Of a DNA stretch of 64,000 nucleotides, positions 30,701 through 39,678 are shown piece by piece; position 1 is the stretch's first letter; every line of letters starts with the position of its first letter. Source of the stretch: Candidatus Magasanikiibacteriota bacterium (GTDB taxonomy: Bacteria > Patescibacteriota > Patescibacteriia > Magasanikbacterales > GWA2-37-8). The stretch spans positions 464,414 to 528,413 of the forward strand of contig DAIOHD010000001.1 of NCBI GenBank assembly GCA_036744835.1, written 5' to 3'. The notes under the pieces are model-generated. The model was not told the origin of the DNA and searched no databases. It saw only the letters and a program-made list of their open reading frames with translations. The translations under genes and the position numbers were made by a program.

Positions 30701-33700
30701 GGGCCCTCACCTTCTCCACCTTCAGTTGCCAATAATACAAAGAATTTATATTCCCCGGCTAAAAACGGCACAGTGGTGGTAGTTGAAGAAGCAGTATAAG
30801 GAAAAACTGCCGAAACCCTGTCAGCTGAAGTTTCTCCTTCACCTATATCGGGAAAACCTTTAAATAAAGCTTCCAAATCATCTTTGTATTCTTCCGGGGC
30901 AAAAAATCCGCCCACCATAATATATTCATCATAAATCGCTAGATTTGGTGCAAAAGACACTACTCCACCAACAGCTTGAACTATGGTAGACGAAGAAAAA
31001 AGAGCATTATTTTCCGGTTTAACTCCAAGCAAAGCTAACGAAGGGGCTGAAACTATACCTTCTTCGCTAATCACATACAAACGATAAAAACCAGGTTGAG
31101 TAGGTGCAATAATCTCAATTGCATCCCCTACCGCCATGGTCATAGTAGCGCTTTGTACAAATTCTTCTACACTTGTAAACAAGGTAGTGGACGGAGCAAA
31201 CCAAATCTCATTATTAACATCTCCCGAAGAATTTATTGACACATTAGATCCACCGTTTACAGTTGTGTAATCTGGAAAAACTTGATCTTGAAGTAACGGA
31301 CGATCTATAACATTCACTTCTCTCCAAAATACACCACTCCAATTACCAGCCTCATCCCAAGTTTCATATCCTATACTGTAAGTTCCGGTGACACTGGAAT
31401 CTATATAATCTCCGCCTCTAGCGACTTCAACATCTATAGTAGTGCTGACTCCATCAATCAAATCCCAAACAATAGTGCCAGCATCTACTTCTATCCCTGT
31501 ATTAGTCAAACTTTCACCTTGGTAAATATAAGCCGGGTTATCACCTAAAATTTCTATAGTTGGTGGGGTTGCATCAACTGTCAAAGTCGCATTTGAAGGA
31601 TCACTAACAAAGCAGGTGGCATGATCATTGTTACAATCTATATCTGGAAATTCCGGACTGGGAGTTAAAACATAAAGCTTATAATGACCCTCAAGCGAAG
31701 GAGCATATAGAAAGGAAAAAGATCCATTTTCCGCCTTAGTCATTGTTGAACCGTCTATATAAAATTCGGTAGGGTCAGTTAAACCAGCAGGGGCAAACCA
31801 AACAGAATTGGAAACATTTAATGAAGGATTGATAGATACATAGCCACTGGAACCGACTCTTACTGGTCCTGGAAAAACAAAATTTTGCACTCCAGCCTCA
31901 AAAACAATTACCGTATATTCTCTTTGGTCGCCATTTTCTGCGGTAACAGTATAAACAACGGGATTAAAAAAATCCTGCAACACATCACTTTCCGGTTCAA
32001 CTGTAGCAAAATCGGAAATTTTAAATGTCGGTGTTACTGAACTGAGATCAGAGCCAGTTGGAACATAAACATTTATATTTGTTCCGCTGGTTATCCCAAA
32101 ATAATTAACATTATCAATAGAAAGAGAAAAACTATCAATATAATTACTCGCACTTGGTAAAACCGTCAAAATTGCATCAGATGGTGAAGAAACATTTTCA
32201 TACGGATCTATAACATAAAGATGGTATGTTCCAGTAGTAATGGGCGCTCTCAATTGGGTAGATAATCCACTTTGTGCCTGTGTCATTGTTTCTCCGGCAA
32301 CAAAATCCAAAATTGTCGCCATACCCGGAGGGGCAAACCAAACTTGGTTTAATTCATTTCCGGAAGAATTAATTGAAATAGAAGGCATTTTACTTGTTTC
32401 TTTGGTCACACTGGTAGAAGCGGTAAACACATCATTTTGCAAATTCAATCCGGTCACAGTCAAAATAGCAGTAGAAGAATTTGATAAAACATAAGCTTCC
32501 GGGCCTGATTCTCCCATAATAAAAGCAGCGATATAGATATTATAATCTTGTGCAGAATAAGGCGCTTGCATCTGATAAGTTTCAGAATTATATGAGAAAG
32601 GAGGCAGTGAATCAAAAGAAACCGTATTACTAACCATCTGTCCAGAATTAAAATCCGGTAAATTTCCCATTATATAAGCAAAAGGATTGTCTGTGTTTAT
32701 AGGTACCAAAATAGCCAAAAATGTTACCCCGTTTATTATTTCACTGGAATTTCCATTTATAGGAAACATTTCTCCAGAAGCGGAGCTAGTAGACGAAGGC
32801 AGGGTTATGTTTTGATTGTAAGGTTTAACACTCAATATTGCTTTTGAAGGATCTGATACCATCCCTGTATCTTCATTTACTAAATAAACTCGGTAAAAAC
32901 CGGCGGTGCTCGGAGAAGAAATAGAAGTTGCAGTACCTGAAGCTACGGTCATGGTAGCACTAACAACGAATTGTTCGGCTTGTGTAAATTCTAAAGTTGC
33001 CGGAGCAAACCAAATAGTGTTGGTAGCTGCAGTTGAAGTCACACTGACTGATGAAGAATGATCCACTTCCAAAGATATTGAAAAAACTTCATCTTGGTCA
33101 TTTGGTTTAGGAATGCTCGGACCAAAACCGGCCATGCTGGTAAAAACTCCAAAACCATTGGTATAAGAAAGATAAAGATTTCCGGTGTTACTTACAACAT
33201 TCAATACACCGTCATAATCTGTCATCGGTGAACTGACAGGATTTATAATATCAAACACAACAGGAGTAACAGAATTGTCAAATATACCGGAACTGGCAGA
33301 TGTCTCGGTTAAGGTAATATTTTCTATATCGCTTCCCGTGCCCCCATCTGTAGTGGTAATTGTAACATAAATCGTTTCAATAGTACTTGAAATAAAATTT
33401 GCAGTTGGATCAGTGATAGAAATAATAACAGAATCCGTATCGGTATTATAAGGTGCACTGTCAAAACCGCCAGAAGCTTCTTTGATAATTTTACCCGGCA
33501 TAGCTCCTGTAGAAAAAACCCTACCATTATTAATATAATCTCCTAAAACAACTAGATCGTAATCAAAAAAATCAAAATCTCCGTTATTAGTAAAATTGGT
33601 CGTGGTTATATTTCCTGCTAATATATGATTTCCTTCATTGCTAATAGTAAGACTATAGAAATTGACATTTCCTGATCCGCCCAAAGTTCTACTAGCAGGA

Positions 33701-34179
33701 GTAAAACTCGTGCTTAAAAAAACATTTGCAACACCACCGGTAGAATCAAAAGTTCCTCCATTAACAATAAAGTCTGAATATCCGATCGTTGAAAGTTGAC
33801 CACCGAGTAAATTTACTATACCAGAATCAATATCGACAGCGCTATCAACGGTAATATTACCGGAATTTAAAGTAACAGTACCGGAATAGCCGCTTTTCAA
33901 TCTTAAATATGAAAGGTTTAAATCTCCGGAATTGTTGGCGCTGGTATTGGTAGTTCCGTAAAAAGTAAAATTTATAGGTGAACCCCAAGGAAAAGTTAAA
34001 GGATCTCCGCAAGATCCATGCCAATTATCATAATTTTGCATGTTATATGGATCTGTACTGGACGCAGAATACCATACACATTCAGCAGCTGCGTTTACTT
34101 GCACTGGCCCGCTTAATAAAAACCAAACCCCGGCTAGTAAAATAAAGACGGCCGAGATCTTCGAAAAAGATTTTATCAT
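24700..34179 (-). CDS. giant (about 3159 aa) secreted modular surface protein / adhesin-like
   Basis: Likely start MIKSFSKISAVFILLAGVWFLLSGPVQVNA-AAE, a signal peptide. Eight or more repeats of a beta module pair (W/VWFAPAGLTS..EQF...TMTKA..G.Y.LYVID..GNVS.PS.A.LTV and QDFTNPVVYTVTAE.G....Y.V.V). Three DUF5011-like Ig domains (DTTPPVI...TGTYY..Y...D..GN). Four FIVAR-like repeats. A Gly11 linker and a unique C-terminal domain. Confidence 0.8.
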   Translation of the reverse strand: MIKSFSKISAVFILLAGVWFLLSGPVQVNAAAECVWYSASSTDPYNMQNYDNWHGSCGDPLTFPWGSPINFTFYGTTNTSANNSGDLNLSYLRLKSGYSGTVTLNSGNITVDSAVDIDSGIVNLLGGQLSTIGYSDFIVNGGTFDSTGGVANVFLSTSFTPASRTLGGSGNVNFYSLTISNEGNHILAGNITTTNFTNNGDFDFFDYDLVVLGDYINNGRVFSTGAMPGKIIKEASGGFDSAPYNTDTDSVIISITDPTANFISSTIETIYVTITTTDGGTGSDIENITLTETSASSGIFDNSVTPVVFDIINPVSSPMTDYDGVLNVVSNTGNLYLSYTNGFGVFTSMAGFGPSIPKPNDQDEVFSISLEVDHSSSVSVTSTAATNTIWFAPATLEFTQAEQFVVSATMTVASGTATSISSPSTAGFYRVYLVNEDTGMVSDPSKAILSVKPYNQNITLPSSTSSASGEMFPINGNSSEIINGVTFLAILVPINTDNPFAYIMGNLPDFNSGQMVSNTVSFDSLPPFSYNSETYQMQAPYSAQDYNIYIAAFIMGESGPEAYVLSNSSTAILTVTGLNLQNDVFTASTSVTKETSKMPSISINSSGNELNQVWFAPPGMATILDFVAGETMTQAQSGLSTQLRAPITTGTYHLYVIDPYENVSSPSDAILTVLPSASNYIDSFSLSIDNVNYFGITSGTNINVYVPTGSDLSSVTPTFKISDFATVEPESDVLQDFFNPVVYTVTAENGDQREYTVIVFEAGVQNFVFPGPVRVGSSGYVSINPSLNVSNSVWFAPAGLTDPTEFYIDGSTMTKAENGSFSFLYAPSLEGHYKLYVLTPSPEFPDIDCNNDHATCFVSDPSNATLTVDATPPTIEILGDNPAYIYQGESLTNTGIEVDAGTIVWDLIDGVSTTIDVEVARGGDYIDSSVTGTYSIGYETWDEAGNWSGVFWREVNVIDRPLLQDQVFPDYTTVNGGSNVSINSSGDVNNEIWFAPSTTLFTSVEEFVQSATMTMAVGDAIEIIAPTQPGFYRLYVISEEGIVSAPSLALLGVKPENNALFSSSTIVQAVGGVVSFAPNLAIYDEYIMVGGFFAPEEYKDDLEALFKGFPDIGEGETSADRVSAVFPYTASSTTTTVPFLAGEYKFFVLLATEGGEGEGPGAVALSDPSDATLTVTGPTNQNLIFTESTSTYNYVNLVLVSDPSVNEKMQFWFAPAGMVSSSDFIQDGPTTSLGMLGPMGDQINFNFNIATGTYYFYVIDEYGNVSEASTSTLTILPSANNSIRNFYFYFSTSYFTGDILGVIDETATPSPTIKVYIPNDPEIDVTHLSPSISFPKGTNSTVSPEEGVEQDFTNPVVYTVTAESGDIKQYIVTVEIEEDIENLVLPAFKTVYPENRWININSSGNFDNQVWLAPAGLTSTEQFDLNGVTTTKTDNGQNTGMDAPGRVGEYFVYVINNVGDIFGPSDASVTVTKTLKQNEFLPVSTSSLPGENVAITIPIEGWVGNAWFAPEGMTSVEQFVEDDYMTKGGWKEDYVIKAPNKAGNYRLYVVDDILYGNVSDPSNAILTVLGPDNQDEVFPNSTSTIRTGGDILININPVGLPYSNVWFAPAGLTSSVQFEESLNMRNFYQGDDGMGGQAWAPIATGTYHLYIIDKNNNVSDQSLATWTILSSNSTNIDNFGFTVSSTYYKCNISDANINCYLPLGTDRGSLTPEIQLSKYLSTTIYPENDGLPKDFTNPQIYTVTAEDEVTTKEYTVSVFTAEIQDVVFPVSKIISGGNWVEINSSGNADNNVWFAPDGLTTQEQFYECATMTKAYDGTYTGMNVPSDEGIYYIYIVDIVGNVSTHSIASLTVDNTPPVISLIGEATTTVYQNSNYVDAGATAIDDIDGDVSSDIVRSAKLPEGYINFVNTNNTGTFYIVYQVCDTAGNCADANLREINVINSPAPTDQNELFTVSSTVEWYSIIPLTTSTASENFIWFAPYSVSYTTSSFAVSATMTMAVGTSTTIEAPDISGAYRLYVINNETGVSEPSDAILFVRPYNQDTVFPLDTTSEKTGDTVQIVINPSGLPNSHIWFATSTELTSADQFAKGDYMRVSDDEFGTSTLVDVPFGTGIYYLYLIDQYDNVSDPSIATLTVVSSSNNNIKNFSIYLPTEGTIYGTINEGITSTIDIRVSTGTVVTSLTPSIELESSLATINPESDVSQNFTNSVNYTVTAENGTQKVYIVNIAPYADMTELNAEIATATAMYNVAVTGTLPGQYTTSSKNTFLSAIQIAEGYTSTSLQSEVDGAVLNLQQAESDFIDSVIPLSDMSALDAKIAIATSTYDTAVEGDIPIVHYVSGSKAIFLPEIETAQSYTNTSSQATIDQAVIDLQDAIDNFEASKVGLSDVSALDTKIAVATSTYDAAVEGDIPLINYIAGSKTTFNIAIVHAQGVTNTSSQSTVDAEVTTLQGAIDIFEASKVPLSNTSSLDAKIATATIIYGSAVEGTLPGQYAVGSKTTLNTAIVHAQGVTNTSSQATVDAEVITLQNAIDTFEAGKVGPDTTPPVITKIGEDMKIYVGTVYTDFGATAYDAVYGTTTVDVTNPVNTNVTGTYYVVYSATDGSSNTASTTRTVWVLSVGSDEQNLTTSTQGNTTTPIILIGDNSTATSTVTVSDSITTTIYLDISATSATSTTSTVGAIPGSITVNVSTTIGIVQVTFPAGMTVTTPTSTWNGTISLPIIEATSSVSVTPDSGYSATVNTVISLGFGDTALNFDKAVRILMPGKSGYLAGYYRGTTFTKITATCSADTQVVGDALSAGGDCRINVGSDLVIWTKHFTDYIAYTQTYVGGGGGGGGGGGSTPIVVVAPVLTIPTVGRNPVVINGGALITKERAVSVSFNVANATEMVVSEKSSFIDTTWEKYAITKSFTLSSNNGRKTIYAMFRSSNGGMTNTYLSSITYSPDAVSTSTFAVGDTCSILAPGDMIKVEGKPAIYVLDNNMNYRYFSDGDVFKSWNADDNYSKYYKSITQSCFDSLSQPMEAPYHVFYRPGSEVVKYLSSDKLYVVGLNSTLYPITLSAAKTIFGDKFKAKTIGLSEWPYYVKSSESITQATVYPGMLAKIGGRNYFVDEDKTLREITALGMLENNIKTSYVRTLPSTIMSGFALGETIISKILAYTSRIGF
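26570..27500 (-). repeat. four tandem about 235-bp DNA repeats encoding FIVAR-like units inside the giant gene
   Basis: Near-identical blocks seen directly, for example ttcaaaggtatcaatagc... at 26581 and ttcaaaaatatcaatagc... at 26821. Confidence 0.6.
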
Positions 34180-34295
34180 ATATAAAAATAGATAATTATT
34201 GAAATTTTTAAATAATATCTCTACTGCAAAGTATATCATATTTTGAATTTATGGTCTAATCTTTTTTTACTCTAAAATAGGCCAAAACTGTGGAT

Positions 34296-34327
34296 AAAAA
34301 ATCCTCACTTTTCAGTGAGGATTTTTG
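34296..34327 (-). terminator. rho-independent terminator
   Basis: aaaaaatcctcact-tttc-agtgaggatttttg. Confidence 0.7.
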
Positions 34328-34337
34328 TTTCTTTTAA

Positions 34338-35333
34338 TTACTGAGTTACGACTGTTGGACACGGAGCAAATTCACAATTTGGTCCTGTACGACCTACCGA
34401 ACTTCCATCCGGACAAATTTTAGCTTCTTGAGTACAAATCATAGGTTTTGCCGAATTATTTATTTTATTTTCTCTATTAACTTCTCTGATTTCTTTGACT
34501 TCCTGTCTTATTTCACTTTTAACTTCTTTTTTTTCTTCTATCAAAGATTTAATTTCATTTTTACGTTCTTCTCTAACCTGTTCTCTTTCTTGGCGAGCAT
34601 TTTTCAATTCTTCAATCGCAGTTGCATCACCAGCTTGGGCTTTTTCTAAAAGAGATTTCTTCTCTTCTAGAAAAATCTTTACTTCTTGCAAATGAGTTTC
34701 GATTTTACTTTTTACTTCTTCCAAATGCGCTTTGGTGGTAGTAGAAATATTTTCATTACCAATGGCATTTATCAATCGTTGGCTATTTTCCAAACCTCTC
34801 AAACGCATTTCTTCCAATCTTTGCATACTTTCCGGAGATAATTTTTCTTCCAAATGATTGATAACTTCTTGGCGCTTTTCTGATTGTTCAGCGGCTTTTT
34901 GTAAAACTTTTTGCGCACGTTCTGTTTGTTTTTCGGCAATTTTATCTTTACGATCAGTAATTTGTTGTATAAACTTTTCCGCCTTTTCCATCATCTGATG
35001 AGCTCTTTGTTGTAATTCTGGTTTATCCCCCGCTTTGTCGGCGAAAGATTGAGCCATTTCCATTCTACGTTCTGCAAATTCGGTCAATTTTTCTGCTTTA
35101 GCAACTGGATCAAGTGTAGTCAAAAGAGTAATTTGTTCTTTAATACTTTGCCACATCAGTTTCCAATTACTGATAATTTCCGCAGTTGTGGTAGTAACAA
35201 CCGCTGGAATGGTTTCCATAGCCGTCACTACCGGAGTGTCTGTGGTGGTAGTTTCAACTTGTGCCAAAACCGGACTGATGAACAAAAAACAGGCAAAAAG
35301 AGCTAATCCAAACAATATTTTGTTTTTAATCAT
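34338..35333 (-). CDS. secreted coiled-coil protein with C-terminal Cys-rich knot
   Basis: Signal peptide, Thr-rich stretch, long coiled coil, C-terminal CTQEAKICPDG...CEFAPCP. Confidence 0.45.
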   Translation of the reverse strand: MIKNKILFGLALFACFLFISPVLAQVETTTTDTPVVTAMETIPAVVTTTTAEIISNWKLMWQSIKEQITLLTTLDPVAKAEKLTEFAERRMEMAQSFADKAGDKPELQQRAHQMMEKAEKFIQQITDRKDKIAEKQTERAQKVLQKAAEQSEKRQEVINHLEEKLSPESMQRLEEMRLRGLENSQRLINAIGNENISTTTKAHLEEVKSKIETHLQEVKIFLEEKKSLLEKAQAGDATAIEELKNARQEREQVREERKNEIKSLIEEKKEVKSEIRQEVKEIREVNRENKINNSAKPMICTQEAKICPDGSSVGRTGPNCEFAPCPTVVTQ

Positions 35334-35432
35334 ATAGTTAAATTAAAAGTTAAAAGTTAAAAGTTGAAAGTACAAAGTTATAGGAAAACAGAATTATAAA
35401 ATTAAGTTAAAAGTTAAACAGAAAAAATTACA

Positions 35433-36404
35433 TTATTTAACAATAACTTCTCCGGGTGTTACTACTGTTCTTTCTTTGTCTTTATAATATTCCGGGTCTA
35501 TTTTTCTGTCAAAACAAACTCTGCCCTCTTCATGTTGCCAGTTTTCTTGATAATAAGGATCTGGATAATAACCGTATTTTCCCATATTATCTGAATTTTT
35601 ATCGTTCATGTTAGATGTGCCAAAATTAGCACAAAGACTGAAATTTAATTCATCATTCACAATATATTCATAATTCAATTGTGTGTCTGGATCTTGAGGA
35701 ATATAGTAACCAGCTACATCAACTTTCAAATCATCCAGAGTTTCTGGTAATTTATTTTTTTGCACCCAAAAATTGATAACTTGACCTTGCAATGATTGTA
35801 AATCACTTATTCTTCTTTCATCAAAACGACGATTACGTTGATCCATAGGTGTGCCGATAATAAAAAATCCAGCAATAATACTACCCAACACCACGGCTGA
35901 AACAACTATGGTTAAAATTTTCGGAATATTTGTTTTTTTATTATCTCTTTTCAATTCCCAAAAATAATAACCAAAAACCGCTCCGGCAATAAGAAGAACA
36001 ACTAAAACTTTCAAGAAAAATCTAGCAGAAATTTCTCCATCTAGAAAATAATAAACAAAAATCATCAAATCCACAATCATAGTGATGGCCGAAACAAACA
36101 AGGTAAAATAAATCAACCACTTACGTAATTTCAAATCTCTTTTTTCCGGTTGTTTTTTGATATCTCTACCAAGCATCCAGGAACTTACCAAATAAGCCGG
36201 AACTGCAACAAACAAAACCGAACTGGCCCAACGAACCCCGGTAGAAATCCCGGTAAAATAATAATTTAACGCATCCGGAAAAAGAGCATTAATATAATTG
36301 ACACAAAGTGTTATCAAGCCGATAACACTGAGATAAAAAGTCACAATATTGAAAAGATGCAAAAATACATCCTTGGGCGTGCTTTTGACATGGTTTTGTT
36401 CCAT
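35433..36404 (-). CDS. DUF5671-like integral membrane protein
   Basis: N-terminal multi-TM domain then a soluble C-terminal domain; family call from memory. Confidence 0.35.
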   Translation of the reverse strand: MEQNHVKSTPKDVFLHLFNIVTFYLSVIGLITLCVNYINALFPDALNYYFTGISTGVRWASSVLFVAVPAYLVSSWMLGRDIKKQPEKRDLKLRKWLIYFTLFVSAITMIVDLMIFVYYFLDGEISARFFLKVLVVLLIAGAVFGYYFWELKRDNKKTNIPKILTIVVSAVVLGSIIAGFFIIGTPMDQRNRRFDERRISDLQSLQGQVINFWVQKNKLPETLDDLKVDVAGYYIPQDPDTQLNYEYIVNDELNFSLCANFGTSNMNDKNSDNMGKYGYYPDPYYQENWQHEEGRVCFDRKIDPEYYKDKERTVVTPGEVIVK

Positions 36405-36436
36405 ATAGTTTATCGTTATTTTAAATTAAAATTTAA

Positions 36437-39154
36437 TTATTTCCTATTTTTTATATATTTAAATATTTCCGACGAAATCACTACACTGAAACTTAATAAT
36501 AACATTATAAACCATTCTTTTAAAGTAATAGGGAAAATTTTCAATAATTTAGACAAAAACGGATTATACATGGCGAAAATGTGCAAAACATGAGCGGCAA
36601 CAACAGCAAAAATCAATAATTTATTTTTGGTTAAAGAAATTTTAAAAATAGAACGACGTTCCGAACGACAATTTAAAGCGTTCACATTTTCAAATAAAAC
36701 CATCAATAGAAAAACTAAATTACGAACAACATTTTCTTCTAAATTTAAAATTCTCAATCCTACAACCCAAACCATAAAAGCTACTCCACCGATAACCAAA
36801 CCGGAAAGCAATGTTTGTTGAATCATCAAAGAATCAAATATACCTTCTTTGGGTGATCTAGCCGGTCGAGACATCACCCCCGGCTCCCCGGCTTCAAAAG
36901 CTAAAGCTACATATTGAACACCTTCGGTTACTAAATTTAACCACAGTAATTGTACAGCAAAAAAAGGAAGAGGAAAACCAGAAAAAATAGCGAAGAAAAA
37001 TAACATAATTTCCGCGCAACCGGTACTGATCAACAAATAAATAACCTTTCTAATATTGTCATAAGCAAATCTCCCTTCTTCCACTCCAGCCACAATAGAG
37101 GAAAAATTATCATCCATCACAATCATAGATGCAGTTTCTTTGGCCACATCTGTACCTGACCCCATAGCCACACCCAAATTCGCACGTTTTAGTGCAGGCG
37201 CATCATTGGCTCCGTCACCGGTCACAGCTACAAAATGTCCAGACTTCCTCAAAGCTTCCACAATTTGATATTTTTGAACCGGAGACACTTCGGCAAAAAC
37301 TCGACAAGTAGCTATTTTATTGTAAAATTCTTGGGTATCGGGAGGGCCTAACTTTTGTATTTGTTCCCCGGTAATTATTTGTGAATTATTACTAGCAATT
37401 CCAAGCTCTCTGGCAATAGTCAGCGCGGTAAGCGGATGATCACCGGTAATCATCGCTACTTCTATTCCGGCACCACGACATTTTTCTACCGCTTCCTTAG
37501 ACTCAGCCCGCAGAGGATCTATGAAGCCAACCAGTCCCAAAAACGTCATTTGTTTTAATTCCCTTTTTTCTAACAGACCGTCTTTATCTTCGGCTGTGGC
37601 TTCTTTTTTTACTAAAGCCAAAACCCGATATCCTTCTGATGCCATTTTTTTTACTTGTTTTAAAACTTCTTCTTTATCTATAACTTTCTTTTTACCTTTT
37701 ACTAAAACATGAGTAGACATTTTAAGCAACACTTCAACCGCGCCTTTGGCAAAAATTTCTTTTTCTTTTTTATTTTCTACCAAAACTGCAGAAAACCTAT
37801 TTTCCGATTCATAAGGAATAGAAAGAATTTCTTTATATTGTTTTTTTAATTTTTCTAAATCAAGTTTATTTTTTATCGCCAATGCCAAAAAAGCCACATC
37901 CATTGAATCGCCATGATGATGCCATTTATTTCCAACCTTTTTGAGTTCCGCTTCATTGTTTATTGCTCCGGAAATACACAGCTGTTCCAAATCTTCTAAA
38001 CATTCTTTTTCGCAATCTTTGCTATTGATAATTTTAATGTGCCCATATCCATTATAACCTTGGCCGCCAATTTCAAAGATAATCCCCTCTGGTAACCAAA
38101 CCATTTTGGCAGTTTGTTGATTGACGGTAAGTGTGCCTGTTTTATCACTGGCTATGAGAGTACAACTACCCAACCCCTCTACGGCATTTAATCGTCTAAC
38201 CAAAACGTTTCTTTTGGACATACGAAAAGAAGCAATAGAAAGAGCCACGGTTAACGCCACCGGTAAACCTTCTGGGATAACAGCTACAGCCAAAGCTACA
38301 GCCAAGAAAAAAACTTCCATTAATGGCATTCCTTTGCCCAAAGAAATTACTATCAAAATTAAACAAATAAACAACATTACTAAACTTATTTTTTGGGTAA
38401 AATTTTCCATTCTAATGATTAAAGGCGGTTTTTCACCTCTGGAGGAAGAAATAACTTTGGCTATTTTACCAATTTCCGTATTTAAACCTGTTTTTACTAC
38501 CACCGCCGAAGCTCTGCCGGTCATAACAGTAGTGCCAGCAAAAAGCATATTTTCTTGAGCATTTATAGGAGCACCTTCGTCTATCAAATCTAATTTTTGT
38601 TTTTCCACCGCTCTTGATTCTCCGGTTAAAAGAGATTGGTCAATGGTTAAGTTTTTTGTTTCTATCAAGCGAGCATCTGCGGGAATTTTATGTCCAGATA
38701 AAAGTTTTATTATATCTCCAGGAACCAGTTCCGCAGAATCAACTTCGGTTTCAAAACCGTTACGAATAACTGTAGTAGATATTTTCATCATTTTTTTTAA
38801 AGCCCCGGCTGTTTTTTCCGCTTTGTTTTCCTGCCAAGTTCCAACAATTGCATTTAAAAAAATAACAATAAAAATAAAAAAAGCATCCGACCATTCATGA
38901 AGCAAACCAGCAACCGTTCCGGCAAAAATCAATATATAAATCAAAGGACTCAAAAATTGACGTAAAAAAATAACAGCCAGGCAAGGTGGTTTGGCGGAAG
39001 GTAAAATATTGAGACCGAACTCTTCCCTTCTTTTTTTAATTTCTCTATCATTCAAGCCATTTTTGGTAACATCTAATTTCTTAAAAATTTCCTCTACGGT
39101 TATATTGTGCCAATGAGTTGTTTGATTGTTATTTAAAAATTCTATCTCTTTCAT
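36437..39154 (-). CDS. P-type Ca2+-transporting ATPase (type IIA/IIB-like)
   Basis: DKTGTLT, TGES, MITGDHP, VAVTGDGANDAPALKRANLGVAMG. Confidence 0.85.
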   Translation of the reverse strand: MKEIEFLNNNQTTHWHNITVEEIFKKLDVTKNGLNDREIKKRREEFGLNILPSAKPPCLAVIFLRQFLSPLIYILIFAGTVAGLLHEWSDAFFIFIVIFLNAIVGTWQENKAEKTAGALKKMMKISTTVIRNGFETEVDSAELVPGDIIKLLSGHKIPADARLIETKNLTIDQSLLTGESRAVEKQKLDLIDEGAPINAQENMLFAGTTVMTGRASAVVVKTGLNTEIGKIAKVISSSRGEKPPLIIRMENFTQKISLVMLFICLILIVISLGKGMPLMEVFFLAVALAVAVIPEGLPVALTVALSIASFRMSKRNVLVRRLNAVEGLGSCTLIASDKTGTLTVNQQTAKMVWLPEGIIFEIGGQGYNGYGHIKIINSKDCEKECLEDLEQLCISGAINNEAELKKVGNKWHHHGDSMDVAFLALAIKNKLDLEKLKKQYKEILSIPYESENRFSAVLVENKKEKEIFAKGAVEVLLKMSTHVLVKGKKKVIDKEEVLKQVKKMASEGYRVLALVKKEATAEDKDGLLEKRELKQMTFLGLVGFIDPLRAESKEAVEKCRGAGIEVAMITGDHPLTALTIARELGIASNNSQIITGEQIQKLGPPDTQEFYNKIATCRVFAEVSPVQKYQIVEALRKSGHFVAVTGDGANDAPALKRANLGVAMGSGTDVAKETASMIVMDDNFSSIVAGVEEGRFAYDNIRKVIYLLISTGCAEIMLFFFAIFSGFPLPFFAVQLLWLNLVTEGVQYVALAFEAGEPGVMSRPARSPKEGIFDSLMIQQTLLSGLVIGGVAFMVWVVGLRILNLEENVVRNLVFLLMVLFENVNALNCRSERRSIFKISLTKNKLLIFAVVAAHVLHIFAMYNPFLSKLLKIFPITLKEWFIMLLLSFSVVISSEIFKYIKNRK

Positions 39155-39163
39155 AATAAAATT

Positions 39164-39673
39164 TTATTTATATATCACAATCATACGGCGCAAAATAAAA
39201 TCTTTTTGTTTTTTGGGATAATCCTTAGGAAAATCAAACCAAACACTCATAAAATCTTTTCTTTCCATTTTACGTATTCGTCCAATTTCCGGATCGGAAA
39301 CATAAATATATTTTTGATCCAATCCGATTGCTACCGAATAATGCCCTCCGGCAACATCAAAATCATCATAGTCATTGCGTCCGCGAGTAAACCAATCCAC
39401 AATTACAGGGACACCTTTTTTAAACCACGAAGCAATATCACCAAAACTGCTATTATCTTTAATTTTAACTTTAAAACCAAAGTTCTCTACCGCTTTTTTT
39501 AATTGTTTTTCACTAGTCCCCTTTTTTTTGGTTGTGCCACACAATTTTACCAGTGTTTTCTCTGAAATTTTAAAACCATAATAATCCAAAACAACCTTAA
39601 GTGAATAAGGCCCACACCAACCTTTAAAAGGTGTACCTTGAAAAGGTTTGCTTTTTAACATTATTTTTTTCAT
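39164..39673 (-). CDS. C39-like papain-fold cysteine peptidase domain protein
   Basis: WCGPYSLKVVLDYYG (catalytic Cys) and GGHYSVAIG (His). Confidence 0.45.
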   Translation of the reverse strand: MKKIMLKSKPFQGTPFKGWCGPYSLKVVLDYYGFKISEKTLVKLCGTTKKKGTSEKQLKKAVENFGFKVKIKDNSSFGDIASWFKKGVPVIVDWFTRGRNDYDDFDVAGGHYSVAIGLDQKYIYVSDPEIGRIRKMERKDFMSVWFDFPKDYPKKQKDFILRRMIVIYK

Positions 39674-39678
39674 AAAAT

